A stretch of DNA of 64,000 nt from Tubulanus polymorphus (Eukaryota; Animalia; Nemertea): positions 3,534,001 to 3,598,000 of the forward strand of contig NC_134028.1 of assembly GCF_964204645.1 (NCBI RefSeq). Direction: 5' to 3'. A program made the translations under genes and the position numbers. Of the stretch, positions 16,748 through 31,217 are shown piece after piece. Within the stretch, counting starts at the first letter, position 1, and every line of letters begins with the position of its first letter. The notes under the pieces were generated by a model. That model was given only the letters and a program-made list of their open reading frames with translations. It was not told the DNA's origin and ran no database searches.

Positions 16748-19041
16748 TTAAGCGTATTCGGGTTTAAAGTGAAGATAATTGATCAGTTTCGGAGGCAGTA
16801 ACAGCTCGGGAATTTCCTCTTGAGAGAACGACTGCAGAATCGCGATTCGACACAGATTCTGTAGATTCATCATGCTCGGTAGCTTATAGACCTGAACGAA
16901 GTGACAACCGGGCATACCGGTCACATCGACGACGACGGCCATTCGATTCCCGCAAACAGAAAACACCGGCGTGAAATTAACCGGACACAGGTGCTGACCG
17001 CAAGTGAAACGTTCGTACTGGATACAATGCAGGGTCTCGACGGTGTCCGCGTTGAAAACGTAGATGCTGCAATTCACCGGCCGATAATTACGGGTTTTTC
17101 GATCGCGACACGTACAAACGGGATCGACCAGCGTCGCGACGATCAACGACCCGTCCGGCATGTACTTCAGATCTTTCATATTCGGGTACAGACTACCGTG
17201 CATCGTGTCGTTAACGCGATGATTCGACTTGATCACGTCCCACGCGCCCGTGTGCACCAAACTCAAACTGTTGTCCTGGTTTTCTTCGTAGTTCGTGATC
17301 GAAATTCGACTCGAGCAAAAACGCGGATCGAAACAGAAATGACAATCTCTCGAGTTGAGACTCGTTTCGCTGAGTAATTTACGCGACGCTAAGTCGTACG
17401 CCTTCAATACGTACGAAAACCCGCCGATCGAAGTCGGTTTTTCCGACGGTAAACCGATCATTATCAAACACTTTGCATAGTCGGGACTCATTTCGCCTTT
17501 GATCACTTCGTTAACGAATTCAGCGCCTTGTTTCCCGAAAATGCCCAAGAACTTATTCTTCTTCAAATCGAGAAGACCGAATTGCGTCATCATGTTACGC
17601 ACGAGATGCAACACTACGAGGTTGTCATGGTAACAGAGGACGCTTTTGACGTGAAAGTTCTGGATCGACGATAATTGAGCCGGGATGTGATTGTACTCGA
17701 AATGTTCGGCCATCTTGGTGAACTTGCAACGCTTCCGGAAACTGAATATAGAGGACGCTTTGTTGATGTTGATGATACCCTGTCGACTCATACAAAACGC
17801 TGGACTACAATCCTTGTTCACGTGACCATCGCAATTCAAAACCGTTTCCCTAAAACCGGCAGCATCTGAAAAACACAGTTGAATCTAAATACATTTAATC
17901 CAAGGACTATAGTCCACCCCATCGAATGTGCCCTCCAAAAAGTCTGGATAAGAAAATTTTAAAAGGACAAAAAATAAATCCAAATAGGTCGTGTCGATGG
18001 CCAGAAAAGCCCCTTTTTGTCCTAAATCTTCTTTGTGAGGGCCACCAGCAGCCCACACCAATTTTCGTGTTTGCAGTCCACTCGCATTGCCAAATCTGCC
18101 CTTTTCAAATCAAGCGCCCATTCCAATTTTCAGGTCTACCCCTTCAAAGAATCTGTTGTTTATCATCTCCTAATTAAAGAATGCGACTTCTGACCCTCTT
18201 TGCTATGACCAGTTTATGACCAGTCAAAAATAATAATCTAGGCAGATCTAACAGCCCCTTTTCACAATATAAGCTCTGACATTCCTGACTTCAGAACATG
18301 ATCTTCATTTTGGAAATCAAAGAAATCTGGTATTATCATCCAAAAATATCCTTCAGAGCGCCCTTTCCATTTCCCAAGATTCACACCTAACCTCATCACA
18401 CGTCTATGAAATCTGAGTATTTCAGATTGTGTTGCACACGTGTAGCGCGCAAGGGAATCAAATAAGGCAGATTAAGACTCAAATGACAAACTAATCACTC
18501 TCAGATTGCAGTGTGTTTTACTGCTGCCAGGAATAGAACATGATTAATTGACTGCGCTTAGTTTTACACAACAAGTTGTTTCAATGTCCAATGAAGCATT
18601 CTCGAGATTAAGAATCAGGAAATCTCTCATTAATTTCAATTTCTCTACAAACACAAATTCCATTTCATCGCGACTGAGCGTTAATAATTTCAGGTTTCAA
18701 TCCCTGCATGCGGTAGGGAGCGCAATCAAAATCAGAATCACGGAACATTTCTCCCAATGAAAACTAAAGATTACGCGTCATCTTCAAGGAAAACTTAAAG
18801 TAAAATAATCCCAAAAATTCTCAATTCCATATTTCTGTTCCAAAAGGTAATTGAAAAATGGATTTACTTAGTAACGTGATTTACCTGCATGGCCTTCTTT
18901 CCATTCCTGCACTGTACACTGGTGCAATAAGTTCCACGCTTTCGCCGTGTCCTTTTTACAAAAATTTGGGAAATTGGCCGGTGGGTAACCACCACTCGTA
19001 CCACTAGACTCGCCATTTGACTTGCTTTCCTCATTTCCCAT
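16748..19041 (-). CDS. Uncharacterised SOCS-box protein with N-myristoylation motif, 424 aa (putative Elongin BC-Cullin5 substrate adaptor)
   Basis: Exon 19041-18885 (MGNEESKSNG...WKEGHA, 157 nt, GTAAAT donor) splices in phase to exon 17865-16748 (TTTCAG acceptor); total 1275 nt. In-frame TGA lies upstream of the ATG. C-terminus MNLQNLCRIAILQSFSQEEIPELLLPPKLINYLHF contains a BC-box and an LPxP-like cullin box. Confidence 0.85.
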
Positions 19042-20460
19042 AGTTAGACATCAGCTAGAATCCGACACCAAAGTGCCATAGGCAATACATCGGCTGAAAT
19101 GTGACAATTAATCAAATTTATATATTAACCTATAAAGGGTTCAGTTCCAGCGTGTCGGTACCTGGGAGTAAAAAACTGCTGAAGGGTAGAACTCTTTTAC
19201 GTGTGACAAGTGCTTACATTCTATCACACGGTTCTGCTCCTCCGCGGTTTAAGAAAAACTTTCAAATCATCTTTTATTTATCGTTTTATTTGTCTCCGAT
19301 TGGAAACGAAGCAATCGAAGAATATAAATCCACCGATAGACAGTAATAAAACCTTCGCACGAATTCGCTGCCAAAAGTGAAGCAATCATAAGCTTATGAT
19401 AAACCGCAGCGCGAGTTCACCATATCTCGTTGTGTATCCGGGCCTATGCATGTTGATGGATTTTCAATGACATCACACTATAACAAGAGGAATATTTCGG
19501 GAAATATGCCTTCGCTGTGGTAATTTACAACAGCCCAATATTGGTTTTCTGTTTGCATTTCAGATATGACTAGCTAGCTTCAAATTATAGAACTCAAATC
19601 AAATTGATTTGAGTTCTATGCTTCAAATATACTGCCTGTAACAACAGTCCTAGGGCACGATTTCATCAACTTGGTTTTGAAGCGAATTTCAACAGCGTTA
19701 GGAGGCATCGCCCGTTTACCATAAGGGCGGATCTAGGGTTACTTTTAAGGGGAACAACATGTAAGGAACCTTTTCACATTATTAGGGTTAATCTGATAAA
19801 ATGCTTACAAAAAAGCCCAGAGCCATGGATAGGGCCCACCCAGCAAATTCTGAGATTCCAGGGACATTCGAGGCATTCAAAACAAAATTTCTGTTAACAT
19901 TTCAGATTAATTTTATGGGGCTTAACTCCCTAGGTCGTCTTCAGAATCCATACTTGGACCAAGGGGCACAAATAGCGCACTAAAGCAGAAATGTCTTAAA
20001 ATATACACCTAAAATGACTATGGTCTATCAACTTATGAATGGAAATAGAGTCTTGAAATGACAAACAGCGCAAATACATAAAGGGCATTGAATCCGATGG
20101 ATTCTAAAACGGCTCTAAATTTATTTTAGTGTCCATAATTGAATTTGATATTTTATAGATGACGAACGCTGCGTTGATTCTGCGTGAGATTAATGCATAC
20201 AAAGAGAACACGCTCACTAGCTGGGGCTGATGATCATCTTTAACAAGTCACCTAGCAACAGTGACACCAGACAACACAGGGATACAAATCCATACACAAT
20301 CCAGACACACATCTCAGCCACTAATTGACAAACACGGAAATAAGCAAAAAACGGAACACTTCTAATTAGCTGTCGATGAATAATATATTTCCCTTCAAAG
20401 GATTTGAACTATTTTCTATCAGACCACAGAAAAATTGGCCATATTAAGTTTTCTGTTATT

Positions 20461-20596
20461 CAGGGGCGCCAGTTGCTCAAAAGTTAGTTAGAGTTAACTA
20501 GTGGATAGTTGACATAGTGGCAATTAAAAGTTCATCATTACTATGGTATTCATCAACCAGTTATCTTGAACCAACCTTTGAGCAAATGCGTCCAGG
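20461..20596. mobile_element. Palindromic MITE
   Basis: Arms AGTTGCTCAAAAGTTAGTT / AACCAACCTTTGAGCAAAT, flanked by CAG...CAG. Homologous to 1328-1445 and 42531-42661. Confidence 0.65.
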
Positions 20597-20698
20597 ACCT
20601 TCGTTTTTCCTGACACCTGCCTGACACCTTAAGGGGGAGCACCAGAGCACAGGCTAAATCTGCCACTGTTATTTTTTCTCAATGTTGATGCCTTAATC

Positions 20699-20699
<1 letters not shown>

Positions 20700-20732
<33 letters not shown>
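20700..20732. repeat. (AT)n microsatellite
   Basis: About 16 AT units. Confidence 0.95.
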
Positions 20733-20734
<2 letters not shown>

Positions 20735-23700
20735 GTATAAATATATATGTATAACGTTAATTAATTATCAATGATTTGTGTAGAGACCACATCAATAACA
20801 TTCATAACGCAAATTATTTGATATACACGAATACGTTGATGAATGATCGGGTCTTTTCATTTCACACGAAACTCTCATCAATCTATATACACACGTGGGT
20901 AAACCTATCTGTGTCATCACCCGAATCATTTTTCACTCCGTTTACTAATTACAAGTGTCCATCCCCCGATGAGACGACGACGACGTAGACATCTATGACG
21001 TCAATGGACGCCGATCGCTATGGTTACAAACAAGGCTGGCTTCATTGATGTCGAAATCATCAATGAAACCGATTCCCTGAAGACATCGCCATTCACAGCG
21101 CACCACCTGGGATTAGTGATTCGGAAACCCAAATCTATCATACTATAGTACACGCGCATTCTGAAACTATATCTCATGGAGTACAAACCCCCTAAATTGT
21201 TCAAGTTACCCAAGCCTGTATTCAAAACTACTCAAAACTATCAAATACAAAAGTTATCATCAGGACTAGATCTATCAAGGGGAAATCTAAAAGCTGCTTT
21301 TGACCCTTTTGTATCACTGACTGCATATTGTTGATGATATGACTATCAATCACAAAATTGAACAGCGAAATCTATCCTGTTTTTGCTCCTGAAATCTTGG
21401 ATCCCCCTGATAATCTTTTCCCCGAATACTGTCTGAAATTCATCCCTCTCAAGGCACTAAAAATATTTCGACATGCGCTTCTTTTCTTAGCATATACAAC
21501 AATGTTCAGAACCATTAGATTTTTATGCTTACACTCAAAACAAATACATCACTTCAAACGTTTACTTCACCTCAGTAAAGTAAGAAGTTTCAGTTTGAGG
21601 AGATAGGAAAATATCTCCAGGCAAAAATGAAATTGAAACGTAGTTCCAGGTGGTTCTTTATTAGATGGCGGCAAGGCACCAAGTGTAATTATGTGCGAAA
21701 TTCTAATTAAGAAAAAACTTTATGTAATTGAGCCTTAGTCGATATAGCTGGTGACTGAAATGAGGTGATCATGTATTTAAGGCACAAGCAGATGAAAAAT
21801 TGCCTTTTATGCAAATACTATTTATTTTAAAAAAGAGTTTCATTCTTTTTCAAATCATTGTACATAAACGTTGATGAACTTTGAACTATTTAGAATAATT
21901 GCCATATTGAAATATCAATAACCTTTTATGATACCTGGCATTCATCGGATAATGGGTAAACAAAGAGGTTACCTGTAACCTGAACAGTAAAATCAATTAT
22001 TCATGGAAACTGAAGGAACTTATTGGCAAATGTCTATTGACATTGTCACCGCAGTATTGTAGAGGACACTAAGGAGTTATTGTCAGTAACGGTTTGGACA
22101 ATTTTTGACACAAGTATATATACAAGCATTCTACTGCTTCCATACGAATTAAACACTGAATTCGAATTGTGCATTAAAATGCTTCAGGTAAAAGCTTTGA
22201 AGTGGCCGATCAATACGATGCAATTTACCTCCTCGGAAGTACATTCTGACCTGAATTGAAATAAAAATATAGATTCCCTTTAAAACATATCTTCTGCGGC
22301 AGGGGGCTTCTGGTGTAGCGAATGAACTCCTAAAATTTTCATCTAAAAAAAGTCAGTGTTAAAAAATGTGGGCCAAGATTTTTCAAATTTGGATACAATT
22401 TTCATTTAATCAGGTACTCAAATTCTTTTTTTTGGGGGGGAGGAATTTTTCAATTGAAAATGCCCTTTTTCTTGGCATAGAACTTTCCAAAAGGCTTGAC
22501 ACTGGTCTGGGTGTAACTTCTTTTTTCACACCTAAGCAATCAGCCCACACAAATGTGAAACAAATCACTGATCAATATGACACATAATGGCCACTACTAT
22601 TTAGTAATGGCTATTTGTGATAATCGGATGCAATGAAACCAAAGACCAACCAGTTACAAGTGATACACTGCTCGTTCTGAAATGATTGATTTTGTGTTCA
22701 CGGATCTGCGTGTTTTTTACCCAAATGACGGCAGAAATGTTACGAAATACCATTAATAGAGAATTAATCAAGCAAATCTATGGTTACAGCGTGTATGCAT
22801 CCTGTTTGATTTGCGTGCTGGTCAGATACCAGTGACAAATCGACAACAGTTCTCTTGTTCGGCACCAACAGCAATCGGAAATGCAGCAGCACATTTCAAA
22901 GGTTTGTTTCGGTAGGTTACCTTTTACAAACACTTCTGCAGCGACTGCTTCGTTTGTGTTGTAGACAAATTACGAATGTTAGTAACGACGGAAGGACAAC
23001 AGTCAGGGGTGGATGCAGGGCCGTCTAATGGGACTTCTGTAAGATAGGAGTGCCCATATATTCTAGGTCAATTTCTTCTTTAGAGAGGGCACATTATTGT
23101 CTAAAAAAGTTCACAATTTTTTGCAGATTCTGGAAAGTGATCAAAAGTACACCACCAGAATACCTTTTTCTTATTGATATGCCCTAAAAGTATTCGGCAA
23201 TACTCTTAAATCTTGACCCTGGAAACTGCGTCTGCTCCAGAGAGCATTGTGAAATAAGTTCTGTAGGATTCTAAAGATTTGCGAAGCACTCGGCCGTACC
23301 ACGAAACGGCGACTGTAGCTGCTCGCCAGGACCAACAAATCCAATGCATTCAATGTGAAAATGTTCTTGATGGATTGGATTATGGCTTTCACAGACATTA
23401 GCATTGTGACAATAATCCGTCACATGTCCCCGGTGTACGGTCAACGGTAATTCAGATAAGTGCAAACATGGCTGAAACGCATGCTTTCCATTTCTCACAT
23501 TGCCGTTGGCTGTAGCTGTCGGTCAGGGATAATCCTTCCAGATATTTCTGGAATTCGCTCAACTCCTCGTCGACGGATAAACATTCCATATCGATACACA
23601 GGAATTTTAAAGGTGCTGTGATTAAACATTCGAGGCATAATCATTAGAACTGAGACTTTAGTTTTAGAGCACCTACCACTGAGACTCGGTCAGTGTAAAG

Positions 23701-26700
23701 GGTCAAACTAGAATCGAAAAAGAATTCATTTTCCATCATCACGCCGTATTTTTCCAATTTTTAAACATCTAACTCCTTATAAGATGAACTCAAAACTAAC
23801 TGGAAGCACATTGTTGTATTTACCCCAAAAATGTGGCAGCCAAAGTGCGTCCGGTTTCTTTGGATAAAATACTACAGATTCTTGCTGCTCTAGGCCTGGC
23901 ATTTGTGTAATAAGCAAATGAACAGGCAGACTGGAGCGGCATAAGAATAAAGATGTGTGTTTATCTGACGTAAGATTAGCAAACATGAATAAACCTTCCA
24001 GCTAAATCATACATACATCTATCTTGTCTCGCGTGTTGACAATGTCTGAGTACTATTTACTTCTCTTTCTTCAACAACTTCGTCGTCATTTTCCACGAAA
24101 TGAAGTCAACAACTGTTACCTTATAGGACCAGGAACAAAAATCGTTCATATAGCTCATAAAAACTGATTCAAATCAAACCAGTTGTAGAAGCACCACGAC
24201 AAGTATCTGCTATAGGCTCTTATCAGCTCTCAGCCAGGTGGAAGAGAGTCTTCGCACCTTCCCCAGTCCACACATCGACATTTCAAATCAGAATTCATAA
24301 AAAGCTGCACTCAAAAACGACTTGGATTCTCTGAAGCTTTTCATTGCCTCTGGTGCCTAAAAAGGTTGCACAAAGTAGCCTTTGGTTCTTTTAACCGCGA
24401 GATGGGATTTTTTAAGATTCTGCATTTAGGTACTTGATTACGCCTTTGAAGTCCATCCCCATTAAAGCAACCCGCTTCCATCCTGGTTACATCATAGTAT
24501 TCGAAGCTGTACACACACGCACGAGAGAACATCAGTGAAAACAATTTCGGATGGATCAATTTAAAAAGATCTTTCCGAAATGTGAAATAGAACGCGCTGC
24601 TTCTATTTCGCTTTGATGTATGTAAATGTATCCTCAGGCAGATCATTTTTCAAATTCGTGACCAAGAAAAAATGCTCATCTACATCAGAATCTTTACTGT
24701 TTCCATACTCACGTCGACTGAGGAACAGAAGACGTGAAATAAAACCAATGACTTGGGCTTAAGAAAATGAAATAATTTTTAGCTACATGTATTAAATTGT
24801 TGCAGAAAAGCAACTGAAAGAACTGGATCAAGTTCAATAAGGCATATAGAAGTCGAATGAAATTAGTTCAAATATTGGATTCCAATAACCGTAAATGAAG
24901 AGCTGATGCGATCCCCTGATATATGATAACGACATAAAGACAGCTTTCCACGCAGAGCAACAATCAACATGTTTTTGCGAGGAGATATTGTTCTTCAATC
25001 ATTCTGTTGATCAAGGGAATTTAGCGAGTCGTTTGATTGAGTGTCAACGAGGATGTGACTGGAATCATAGAACACGAAAAGCTAATGACCTTAATAATCT
25101 AAATCAACATTCTAGGCAGGTATAAATATAAGTGCAGTCATGTTTACGTCTGGCTTCTTGAAAGCGTGCCAGATAAGAACACCGACCCTGGCCCTTTAAC
25201 AGGACATGAACAATCAAACACTGAGTCCTTTTTTCCTGTATTGCAATACACAACATCGCTGAATGGATGATTTCACATGTATTTATCAAAACCCAGTTGC
25301 TCACTTACTTAATCTTTTACAAGCTATGTATTTTTGATGTTGTCCATATTCATAAGCGATGAACCTTCGTGATTAATTCCTAGCCAGGATTTCATTTCAA
25401 GAAACCTAGCGGTCCAATAATTCATGTATAGACCTATTAATGGTTTTTTGCGCTTTGACTAAAGCAAGATCTAGTCTAGTACCAAGCCGTCGTTCTACAA
25501 ACAACCGTTGTAGGGAACTGGTAACAACGACTGGTATTCAGACTAAGCAAGATCCTGATATCTAAAACTCAAAGTCATTCCCAACACAAAACATTCACAG
25601 GAGAGAATCTAATTTCACCATGACATTTATGCCTGTATCACATTCACCTATTTAGCTTACTACCCATGGCTCTACGAACTGAATTTATATATCAAACCTA
25701 TCTATTTACCTGCACATGTTATACCGAGGGGGTTCTGATGTATAAAAAAGACAAATCTTCATTCAGGGGCAGTTCTAGGGTGAAAATCACAGAGTTTACC
25801 TAGGTTTTCAAGGCAAATTCTAAAAAATGAGCCTAGGTCCATTTTAGCAGCACATATCTTCACAAATTCTGCTATTGTTTTAAACAGAAAGTGCATTTTG
25901 TAGACAAAATCCCAGACATCGAAAACCAATCTTCATTTCCTCATTAATTAGGACTTAGCTCCATTAGCGATTTATGAATGGGCTGGTGAAATCTATCTGT
26001 AAATCTAAGAAATGGTGCCAGGTATATTACATGCTCCATGATCTACAACACTGACGCAGATTGATCGGAAATTCTACTCCAGACGTGAAAAAAATATCAG
26101 ATCAGCATTAGCACAGCTGTGAGCAGTGAGTGTGTGTAACCTATAAGATTATACAGAAAAACTGCTTCATTCACATCAAGAAGAATCTGTGAGGGAAGCA
26201 TTCATCATGGGTTGTAAAAATCTTAGATCAAATACTGAGAGATAAAACAATATCAAAGACTGATGATTCTATGAAGATACTGATTCGGAAAAAACATCTA
26301 TGTCAGCCCAATATTGGCTTTCCACGCGAAGCACTTCAAAAAGAAAAAAAAGTTCAGTTTCATGTTTCCTTTTAAGAATCGGCAGAAATATCTAGCTTCA
26401 AAGACTGACATTTGGCTAACATCCAACTGTTGAGCTCATTTAAATCTAGGCCTATGACATTTTAAGAAATATGGATGAATATACGATTTCAATTTCTATT
26501 TTCTTATTTTTGATCAATAAGAGAAACAGTTTTTCATAACACACAGCACCTCAGACACAATGCACTCCTTGTCTTTATACTAAGTTTAAATTCTACCTAC
26601 CTTAGACGTAATAATAGTTTCTAGTTTCGTTCTTCATGCCCGGCGCTGTCTTCGTCTCTGTCACTGGAAAATGCTACCAGTACACAGAGAGAATATCAAC

Positions 26701-26987
26701 CACTCGTGGCTGATAGCTGAGAGAGAATGGAGGAGTGTACTGCTAGCACTGCCAGCACGCTGTCTGGCCGGGTTCGTAGTTGTCGCTGATGCAGCACTGA
26801 AATCAATGTTACAACGAAGAAAACTGATTATCCTTCCATTACGGGCAGTACGAGGATAACACGCGTCAGGACAGACATCAAAATGGTCACTGAAGCAACT
26901 GATGTTATCATTGTCGTTATATACTTCTTTATCAGTCATAGTGTTAAATTACCATATCAGCTTCTATACCTGCATATAGATTGAAAT

Positions 26988-27018
<31 letters not shown>

Positions 27019-29633
27019 CATATTTTAACCCATCCCGACTAATATGCTAGCTTGCATCAGTAACACAGGCTGTTGCCAATAGTAGTTTTATGCACGCTCT
27101 GCTGCAGGCTAATGGCAGATTAGATCAAAGATTAATTCAATTTCTATCTCAACATAACAACCTACTACATACTAAATTATGAAAACGTTGTTTAGGTCTA
27201 CACCCTGCTTTCAGGTTCGAAGAAATATCGAATAAACAATTTAGCCTACTTCAACAAGCCAATCACATATTTACCCTGGATATGCTTTTTAGTACAGAAT
27301 GGTATGTCAATGGGTTACATACAATCAACTCTTGGAATTACTTCTGATTCAAATTCAATATCAAACTTATGCCTAACTAACCGATTCTAAAATATTGGGA
27401 AACACAGATTATAAGACCCACTTTTTTAGAGAATTTCAAAGATTAACAATTTATCAAGAATTAAAATCAAAATACACAGCATTTCAAACTCTCACTATAG
27501 AAATCATCATCAGATATCCTTTGTGTATTTTGACTTTAATTTTTGATAAATAAAATTCATTTTGAATTCAGGATATCGTGGGTTTTAAACTTATTATCTG
27601 TTCTCCACCTAAGAGTATACAGGGCTATTCATTATATTCAATAAATCAGCATTCAAGGTAAGCTTTTAAGAAGGAAAGCTCCAGTGATCCAACTAAATTG
27701 AGTCCACTGATTATGAAAGCATCTTTGATACGTGATCAACAAATCTGAATGATCTTTTTATCTACCCTTCAGGGCGAGAAAATCATTTTGATATCGTATT
27801 CATGTAAATAAAGGCGAAGCGTCCAATGGCGCTGAATAAAAAAATCTAAGCTTTGATATTTAGTTTCTAATTACGCAACGATGCTCCGTTAATCGTAACC
27901 ATAGCAACTATAATGGGAAGTTATCAAATTCCTTTTTTAAACATGTTCATATGCCGTTCGCTCCCATCATTATACATCCTAGTTAATAATCCATGAATGA
28001 ACATTTCAAATTGTTGGACTTCGAAATGCTTTTTACGCGGAGTACTTACTCAACTGTACTGTAAAAATTTCAGAGTTGTTTTTATAGTTTCCATAGTTTT
28101 CTTTTATGTTTACAATTTTAAATGATTGATTCAGAAAGATTCCCCGAGGGTTTCCAGGCCGCCTACGTATTCATATCCCCGCAGTTTCAAAGATAGAAAT
28201 ATTTTCATCTCTTCAGACACTGTATTATACGGATTCAGTCAAAACAGACGAGAGTTTTTCTCAGAATTTCAACTGTATTGTGAAACTGATTCGTCGTCAC
28301 GCAGCAGCCAGAGTTGACGACGTCTCCGCGTCACTAGGGGGATCGGCTGATCAATAGAGCGGTCGACCTGTTTTATATTGTCACCGATTAACGAGATTTG
28401 TCTAGTGAAAGTAGGAAATAAACGTTACAAACATCAGTGAAACCTGAAACCAGAAATTACTATGGCTGGTGGATAAAGAATTGTGTCTGCGATCGTGTAT
28501 CACTTCATACCAAGAAGTTCTGTTATGTCATTGAGCGAAACAATATCAATTTAAACAACTATTGTTGCTTTCATTTCTTACGTTTCCGATGGAATCCTTC
28601 CACCCATCTTCAGAGTTGATTATAGTTTCAGTTATAGCATGGACTATGAAACGAACTATAAATTCGTTTTTTTTCAAGACTGGTAATAATCTCAACTATA
28701 TTGATTGGGCGCGTTGAGGCCATCGGTTTTAGCAAAAACCTCTCCGAACCAACCTGGTTTTACCATTCTAAAAAGCATCTGAGTTTCTAGGAAGCTGATC
28801 GAATAGGCACCTATATAATCTAAGCGTATTAACTGATACAGTATTCATTAGAAATCGACTAGAGCTTGTATCTCAATCACAGAGCACAATTAATTAGCTT
28901 CATTATCTATAATCTTCCGGATACAGCATTACATGTACCGGCAGTATTAATTACACGAGGCTCTTCGTTCATCATCTCTATGAAACCCTTCAGACATGAA
29001 TCTACAATTATAGAATACACGAGCTTCGTCGATTTTATAATTATGTAATGATGAACAGGTAATATAGAATTCTTATGAGAAATTCAGTGAGTAGTGAAAA
29101 TCAAGAGAAGAAATGTTAATCAGAGGTGGAACCACTATAGTGTGTTCTGTGCACTTCACAATTAACCAAGCTATAAACTCGATAAGCATCTTTAATGCAT
29201 TCTAGCCAGGGCACCTACCCTCCCATAATTATGTACTGAGCCACTCACATTGTTGGGTACCGGTGAGCCCTTTGCGAGATCTATTGCCGCTGACCCTGTG
29301 AATGGGTAAACTGAATACAGTCCAGGTCGTATCTACCCCAGCTTGTCAACAAAATCAACCAACATCAGGATTTGAACCTATATCCGCATCAACAGTATAT
29401 CTATCCACCACAGCGGACTTGTGGGACTTTTACAAGTGCCTTTGGGGATGAGACAAGTTCAGGTGCTGAGAACTGGTGAGGGTGTGCAGTTTGAGGTCCA
29501 AGTGACATAAGTTACCACCGTAGTACTGCTGGTGGTATATTTTATTGGGTCAGAGCAAAAGTGACCTCATAGTGCCTTTTTGGACATCAGAGTTCCATTA
29601 TGCATGTAACAAGTTCTTCAAAATTAGCCCCTG

Positions 29634-29771
29634 GGGCCAGTTGCATAGTCATGGCTTAGATTTAAGACTGGTCTAAGACCAACTAAGTTCTATACTCGAT
29701 CTAACAACTTAAGACCAGTCTTAAGATTTAAGACCACTTTTGGACTTAAGTCATGACTGTGCAACTGGGCC
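29634..29771. mobile_element. Palindromic MITE with CTG direct flanks
   Basis: Arms CCAGTTGCATAGTCATGGCTTA / TAAGTCATGACTGTGCAACTGG, with CTG on both sides. Partial internal copy near 3278-3345. Confidence 0.75.
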
Positions 29772-31217
29772 CTGGATCTGCCCCTGAGCCCAGAAAGCCT
29801 CTAAATAGAGAATATGTAAGAGACTTGAATATCTGATCACTGCTTGTTACTTCTTGTCATATCTTATTTGTATCATGGACCAAGTTCAGAACTTCAGCAA
29901 TTACATAAATGATCAGTACCGGCACATGATAATGCATTTAGGTAATGAGAGATACCTGTGCCATATAGGCTACTAGTTCATTTACAATCATTTCTGAAAT
30001 GAAGCAATCATCGAAATGGTGGCACCACATTTTCATGAATCAGTAGATTTGGATATCAAGTTCGCGACGTAATTTCAGCAATCAGAAAATTGAGTTCACC
30101 GTTGATAGCTCTAACAACTAAACACGATCAATTCTTAATCGATTTTGTGTTGCACTCACTGAGGTAATGGTGATAAAGTCAAAATTGCTTTCGGTTTCGT
30201 GTGTGCAGTTGAGTTGGATCCAACTTTAATGTTTAACCCGCTAGGGTTGTAATACACTAGCTCCGTAAATGTTGTAAATCTCTCTTGTCATTTCTAGCTG
30301 ATAATACGCAATTTTGAATTGTACTTGAATCAAGTAAAAATACGTTTTCTTAGATTAAATTAAGGAATATGAATTAGGACACTGCGTAATTATACGGCCA
30401 AATTCCCATAATTTCATACGGAAATGGATGACATCATCGTCACCTACGGTAAAAGGAGAAATAGAGGAGAAAATTTCATTACTCACATATCACAGGGAGA
30501 AAACTGCATGTGTCTGGAATTGACATTTCACATGCGCATGTTTTACATCACGTGCATTTGTTTATTTACAAATTTCCCACATGCAAAAAGTGAAAGCTCA
30601 TGAATTTAAGAACGAATATGGTGCAAATACCTAATTTCACTGTGTAAATGCGAAATGATATTGGTGAAATATTTCTTTTTTGCACAAATGTCCCATTATG
30701 GTGAATAAAAATTCAGTGCGGAATCGCATGTAACATGTCAGCTTCCTCAAGTCTTGCATGTAACATGTCAGCCTCCATGAAACAATTCCTATAAGACAAA
30801 TTTTGGTTATTTATTGCCGGTAAATAACGTCTATTCAATAGCTTTCAATTTCTATAAGTAAATTAGATTTTTTCAATGACGACACATGTGGTTTCCGATA
30901 ATCATTTAGTCCAGTTCATGGAATATTCCGAGAAATTCCAAGTTTATTTGTGTTACTTCCTAAACCAAGTCAAATTCAAATGGCATTTTATTTATTATGC
31001 AAGCGCAAAATAGTTATAGCCTAATCCTTGCAATATTGGTCTCGGATCACTCTGGTGAATATATAAACGATATATTTTAGTTTTACAATGAGTTTAGATG
31101 GAATCCTTGAATGTACCGTATCGACATAGGCTAAACTTATCAACCACATCATGATTTTAATTTTTGTATCTTACTACAGGTGGCTGATATAAAAGTCGTG
31201 CACTGTCTTGCAGTAAA

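Noticed and set aside
16901-17377. 158-aa antisense ORF
   Set aside because: Shadow of the GC-rich SOCS-box exon; no independent signals.
30724-30775. p53 response element upstream of COQ7 (GCATGTAACATGTCAGC x2)
   Set aside because: CATG cores are 3 nt apart rather than the canonical 6; more simply a short local duplication.
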